Shown: piece by piece, positions 19,398 to 20,000 of the stretch
How the letters are laid out: every line of letters begins with the position of its first letter
Numbering within the stretch: position 1 is the stretch's first letter
Assembly (NCBI RefSeq): GCF_004010195.1
Contig: NC_057718.1
Coordinates: forward strand, 7,848,391-7,868,390
Reading direction: 5' to 3'
Origin: Chiloscyllium plagiosum
Taxonomy: Eukaryota
Length of the DNA stretch: 20,000 nt
Translations under genes and position numbers: made by a program
The notes under the pieces: model-generated
The model's database searches: none
The model's input: the letters and a program-made list of their open reading frames with translations, nothing else
Told to the model about the DNA's origin: nothing

Positions 19398-20000
19398 GTC
19401 ATAGAGTCATAGAAATGTACAGCACAGAAACAGACCCTTCAGTCTAACCTGTCCATGCCGACCAGATATCCCAACCCTATCTAGTCCCAACTGCCAGCAC
19501 CCGGCCCATATCCCTCCAAACCCTTCCTATTCATATACCCATCAAAATGCCTCTTAAATGTTGCAATTGTACCAGCCTCCATCACATCCTCTGGCAGCTC
19601 ATTCCATACATGCACCACCCTCTGCGTGAAAACGTTGCCACTGAGGTCTCTTTTATATCTTTCCCCTCTCACCCTAAACCTATTCCCATAGTTCTGGACT
19701 CCCCGACCCCAGGGAAAATATTTTATATTTACCCTATCCATGCCCCTCATAATTTTGAACACCTCTAAAAGGTCACCCCTCAGCCTCCGACACTCCAGGG
19801 AAAACAGCCCCAGCCTGTTCAGCCTCTCCCTATAGTTCAAATCCTCCAACCCTGGCAACATCCTTGTAAATCTTTTCTAAAACCTTTCAAGTTTCACAAC
19901 ATCTTTCCGATAGGAAGGAGACCAGAATTGCATGCAATATTCCAACAGTGGCCGAACTAATCTTCCGTATAGCCGTAACATGACCTCCCGACTCCTGTAC
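19398..20000 (-). mobile_element. CR1 LINE 3' end, young family, runs off the window
   Basis: MLPGLEDLNYRERLNRLGLFSLECRRLRGDLLEVFKIMRG...FTQRVVHVWNELP. Reversed tail GTCATAGAGTCATAGA at 19398. Confidence 0.95.

Overview
Eukaryotic, repeat-dominated genomic DNA, inferred to be from a cartilaginous fish (shark) based on its HE1/V-SINE, Deu-SINE-like and CR1 content. Most of the window is CR1, L2 and Rex1 LINE fragments, tRNA-derived SINEs, two TA-flanked Tc1/mariner (Tigger-like) MITEs and cryptic (CA)n/(ATG)n tracts. None of the long ORFs in the track is a real gene as called. One host gene is recognisable on the + strand, a preproendothelin most like EDN2. Its exon at 7820-7948 reads QVVPYGLGNAAKLRKRELTRCFCTKGKDAECRTFCQ, with a perfect endothelin cysteine signature, and a phase-compatible next exon starts at 9204. 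I found no exon encoding a mature endothelin peptide in the 7.8 kb upstream. Two exon-like segments (6308-6375, 6996-7134) sit where exons 1 and 2 would be, so the locus may be decayed or remodelled; alternatively the true exon 2 lies upstream of the window. Short Penelope-like elements carry hammerhead-ribozyme core motifs (CUGAUGA...GAAA), several as head-to-head hairpins, one with a 14-bp target-site duplication.
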